Assembly: GCA_002371675.1 (NCBI GenBank)
Contig: DFGE01000022.1
Location: 35,263 to 99,262, forward strand
Source of the DNA: Clostridiales bacterium UBA3758
Lineage (GTDB): Bacteria > Bacillota > Clostridia > Oscillospirales > Oscillospiraceae
DNA length: 64,000 nt
Direction: 5' to 3'
The stretch's first letter is position 1, and every line of letters begins with the position of its first letter. Below, piece by piece: positions 61,359 to 64,000 of the stretch. The notes beneath the pieces are model-generated. The model did no database searches, had not been told where the DNA came from, and was given only the letters and a program-made list of their open reading frames with translations. The position numbers and the translations under genes are program-made.

Positions 61359-61419
61359 CTCCGCCTGCAGTCGTGTCTGTTTCCTTATATGATAGATAGC
61401 TTGCTTGAAGGATGATCGT

Positions 61420-61857
61420 ATGATAACTTTGAGAAAACATACGCTGCGGGACGTCCCTGCGCTTATGAAGCTCTATCCCGACCTCGACGATGCAGCAGCA
61501 CAGGCGTTGGTCGAGGAATGGACTGCGGAACAATACCGCGGCAATCCTTTCCTCATGCTTGCTGTTACAGAGGACAACGAGCTGATCGGCTATGTCAATC
61601 TTCTTGCCAAAACTGCGCAGGAGGTTCATATCGGTCTGGAGATCTACAGTCCCTATCGCGGCAAAGGCTTCGGCACACTGGCGCTGCAAAAGGCGCTTAT
61701 GTTGGCGCATGAAATGGGCTATCACAAGGCTATCGATCTTGTCCGCAAGGAAAACGCAGCAAGCCTGCGTATACATGAAAAGCTCGGCTTTGCTATAGTC
61801 GGCGAACAACAGGGCAAAAACTCTTCGCTTCAGCTTGTTCTCTGCAGAATGCTGTAG
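61420..61857 (+). CDS. GNAT family N-acetyltransferase
   Basis: GNAT motif A RGKGFGTLALQKAL and ENAASLRIHEKLGF. ATG at 61420; the track start at 61405 is TTG. Confidence 0.8.
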   Translation: MITLRKHTLRDVPALMKLYPDLDDAAAQALVEEWTAEQYRGNPFLMLAVTEDNELIGYVNLLAKTAQEVHIGLEIYSPYRGKGFGTLALQKALMLAHEMGYHKAIDLVRKENAASLRIHEKLGFAIVGEQQGKNSSLQLVLCRML

Positions 61858-61905
61858 TCAAGCGGATCTCGGATCATGAGTATCTGATTTGAATAGCAGA
61901 AATAG

Positions 61906-61949
61906 AAAAGGTTGCATGATCGCAGCATGTCGGTCATGCAACCTTTTTT
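61906..61949. terminator. bidirectional terminator
   Basis: aaaaggttgcatga / tcatgcaacctttt, a 14-bp stem followed by a T-run. Confidence 0.6.
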
Positions 61950-62054
61950 GGACAAAAAATATCGGCACAGCGGAATCATTTCCTGCCATGCCGATATTCT
62001 GTTCGGATTAAAACCCACGAAACGCTCACCGAATCGGAGAACGCTCAACAAGCA

Positions 62055-62240
62055 TCAATAAAAACGCTTATTCTTGTTCTTGCGGGCGGCCTCAGATTTC
62101 TTGCGGCGCTTGACGCTGGGGCTCTGATAGTACTCTTTCTTTCTCAGGTCAGCCAGGACGCCGGACTTGGCGCAGCTGCGCTTGAATCTTTTCAGAGCGT
62201 TATCCAGAGACTCGTTTTCCTTGACGTAGATTTCAGACAT
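62055..62240 (-). CDS. rpsU: 30S ribosomal protein S21
   Basis: [21 protein letters not shown]...; typical S21 length and sequence. An internal ATG is preferred over the track start at 62279. Confidence 0.9.
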   Translation of the reverse strand: MSEIYVKENESLDNALKRFKRSCAKSGVLADLRKKEYYQSPSVKRRKKSEAARKNKNKRFY

Positions 62241-62368
62241 GTATTTCCCTCCCTCCAAATACGCCTTGCGGCGCTTCAAGGGCCAATATCGATTGGCTTT
62301 GTATCGGAATTATTATACAGGAAAGATGTCTGCTTGTCAATGACAACTTAACCGAAAGTGTATAAATC

Positions 62369-64000
62369 TTACTTTTCCGGCTTCAGAATCAGATTGACAA
62401 GCTTATTTTTGACTACGATTGTCTTCACAATCTTCATTCCCTGCATCTGCCGCTGTACCTTTTCCTCTGCGCAGGCGGCAGCGATCACGACGTCATCCGG
62501 AGAATCCACGGGAACAATGATGGTAGCGCGCAGTTTACCGTTGACTTGGACAGCCATTTCCTTCTCGGCATCGATCGTCTTGGCCTCGTCATATTCCGGC
62601 CAGGCCATCTGCATGGCCATCTTCCCGGTCTTCTCCGCGAAGCCGAGCTGCTCCCACATCTCCTCTGCGATATGCGGCGCAAAGGGGCTGAGCAGGCGCA
62701 CAAGCACGCCCAGATCGCCCTTGGTGACGCCATTGGCATAGAAGTCGTTAACGAGGCTCATGAGCGCGGCAAGCGCGGTGTTCAGCTTAAGCTCATCGAT
62801 ATCGTCGCCGACCTTTTTGATCGTCTTGTGGATGGCGCTCTCGTTTTTCTTCGAAACAGCTTCGTCATCCTTTGCCTGCTCCATCAGATTCCAGCAGCGA
62901 TCCAGGAAGCGCTTGGAGCCCTTCACGGCCTCGTCCGACCAGGTGGCAGTCTTCTCAAAGTCGCCGATGAACATGATGTAGACACGCATGGTGTCCGCCC
63001 CGTAGGCTTTCACCACATCGTCGGGATTGACGACATTTCCGAGGGACTTGGACATCTTGACAGACGGCCTCAGAGCCTGGCTGCCATACTTGGCGATCAG
63101 CGCCTGCTTTTCCTCCTCGGTCTCCACATTACCGACATAATGCGGGTTCTGACCCAGGATCATGCCGTGAGAGGTACGCTTGGCATAGGGCTCTTTGGTA
63201 TGCACGACGCCGAGATCATAGAGAAACTTGTGCCAGAAGCGGCTGTAGAGCAGGTGAAGCGTGGTGTGCTCCATGCCGCCGTTGTACCAGTCGACGGGGC
63301 CCCAATATTCCTCGGCCTCCCTGGAGACGAGTTCCTTGTCGTTGTGGGGATCCATATAGCGCAGGAAATACCAGCTCGAGCCGGCCCACTGCGGCATCGT
63401 GTCGGTCTCGCGCTTGGCGGGGCCGCCGCAGTTGGGGCAGCTGGTGTTGACCCAGTCAGTCATCTTGGACAGTGGCGATTCGCCGTCGTCCGTGAGCTCA
63501 TAGGAATCGACCTGCGGGAGCAGGACGGGAAGCTCGCTCTCGGGCACGGGTACCCAGCCGCACTTCGGGCAATTCACGAGGGGGATCGGCTCGCCCCAGT
63601 AGCGCTGACGGGAGAAGACCCAGTCACGCAGCTTGAAGTTCACCTTTTCCTCGCCGATGCCGTGCTCCGCGACCCACTTTTTCATCACGGGGATAGCCTG
63701 CGCTACGGTGAGTCCGTCCAGGAAGCCGGAGTTGACCATGATCCCGGTGTCGTCCTTGAGGGTGAATGCGCCCTGTGTAATGTCGCCGCCCTTGACAACT
63801 TCGATGATATCACAGCCGAATTTCTTGGCGAAGGCCCAGTCACGGTCATCATGCGCGGGAACGGCCATGATGGCGCCGGTGCCGTAGGTAACGAGCACGT
63901 AGTCAGAGATAAAAATGGGGATCTCCTTGCCGTTGACGGGGTTGATGGCTCGCACACCCTCAAGACGCACGCCGGTCTTCTCCTTGTTGAGCTCCGCACG
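62369..64000 (-). CDS. leuS: leucine--tRNA ligase (C-terminal part; 5' end outside the window)
   Basis: Frame is open to the window end. KMSKS motif, zinc-binding CPKCG...CPNCG, and a LeuRS C-terminal domain. Confidence 0.95.
   Translation of the reverse strand, partial: RAELNKEKTGVRLEGVRAINPVNGKEIPIFISDYVLVTYGTGAIMAVPAHDDRDWAFAKKFGCDIIEVVKGGDITQGAFTLKDDTGIMVNSGFLDGLTVAQAIPVMKKWVAEHGIGEEKVNFKLRDWVFSRQRYWGEPIPLVNCPKCGWVPVPESELPVLLPQVDSYELTDDGESPLSKMTDWVNTSCPNCGGPAKRETDTMPQWAGSSWYFLRYMDPHNDKELVSREAEEYWGPVDWYNGGMEHTTLHLLYSRFWHKFLYDLGVVHTKEPYAKRTSHGMILGQNPHYVGNVETEEEKQALIAKYGSQALRPSVKMSKSLGNVVNPDDVVKAYGADTMRVYIMFIGDFEKTATWSDEAVKGSKRFLDRCWNLMEQAKDDEAVSKKNESAIHKTIKKVGDDIDELKLNTALAALMSLVNDFYANGVTKGDLGVLVRLLSPFAPHIAEEMWEQLGFAEKTGKMAMQMAWPEYDEAKTIDAEKEMAVQVNGKLRATIIVPVDSPDDVVIAAACAEEKVQRQMQGMKIVKTIVVKNKLVNLILKPEK

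Overview
GC-rich, Clostridia-like chromosomal segment; the taxon is a guess from gene content and RBS style. Host genes flank both ends. On the left are a NodB deacetylase, a GltD-like Fe-S flavoprotein, a DUF2325 protein and a ZIP transporter. On the right are tRNA-Arg(CCG), an Fe-S aldo/keto reductase, ApbE, RecG, a GNAT, rpsU and partial leuS. The centre (about 5873-57049, 51.1 kb) is an integrated siphovirus-type temperate prophage. It is bounded by imperfect 74-nt direct repeats: the left copy lies in the 3' end of a large serine integrase gene and the right copy overlaps the tRNA 3' end. The plus strand carries a Cro-like gene plus recombination, replication and accessory genes (8697-25286). 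The minus strand carries a 30-kb unit (56113 down to 25410) with establishment-type genes, terminase, head, tail and lysis genes. The two units converge on a bidirectional terminator. The strongest finding is a complete diversity-generating retroelement (target-VR, hairpin, avd, TR, RT) that diversifies the C-terminus of a 1857-aa tail-fibre-like protein. All 11 TR/VR substitutions fall on TR adenines, but VR is 6 nt longer than TR. Other leads: a translationally coupled GNAT-like + radical SAM + ASCH trio behind a helicase-methyltransferase fusion; an orphan MazF/EndoA-like toxin with terminal extensions; a MuF-type head-morphogenesis protein with a toxin-like C-terminal domain and a small acidic downstream ORF; a second divergent-promoter switch near attR; and a terminator hairpin directly upstream of terS. 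All function calls rest on motifs recognised by eye and on synteny. No database search was run.
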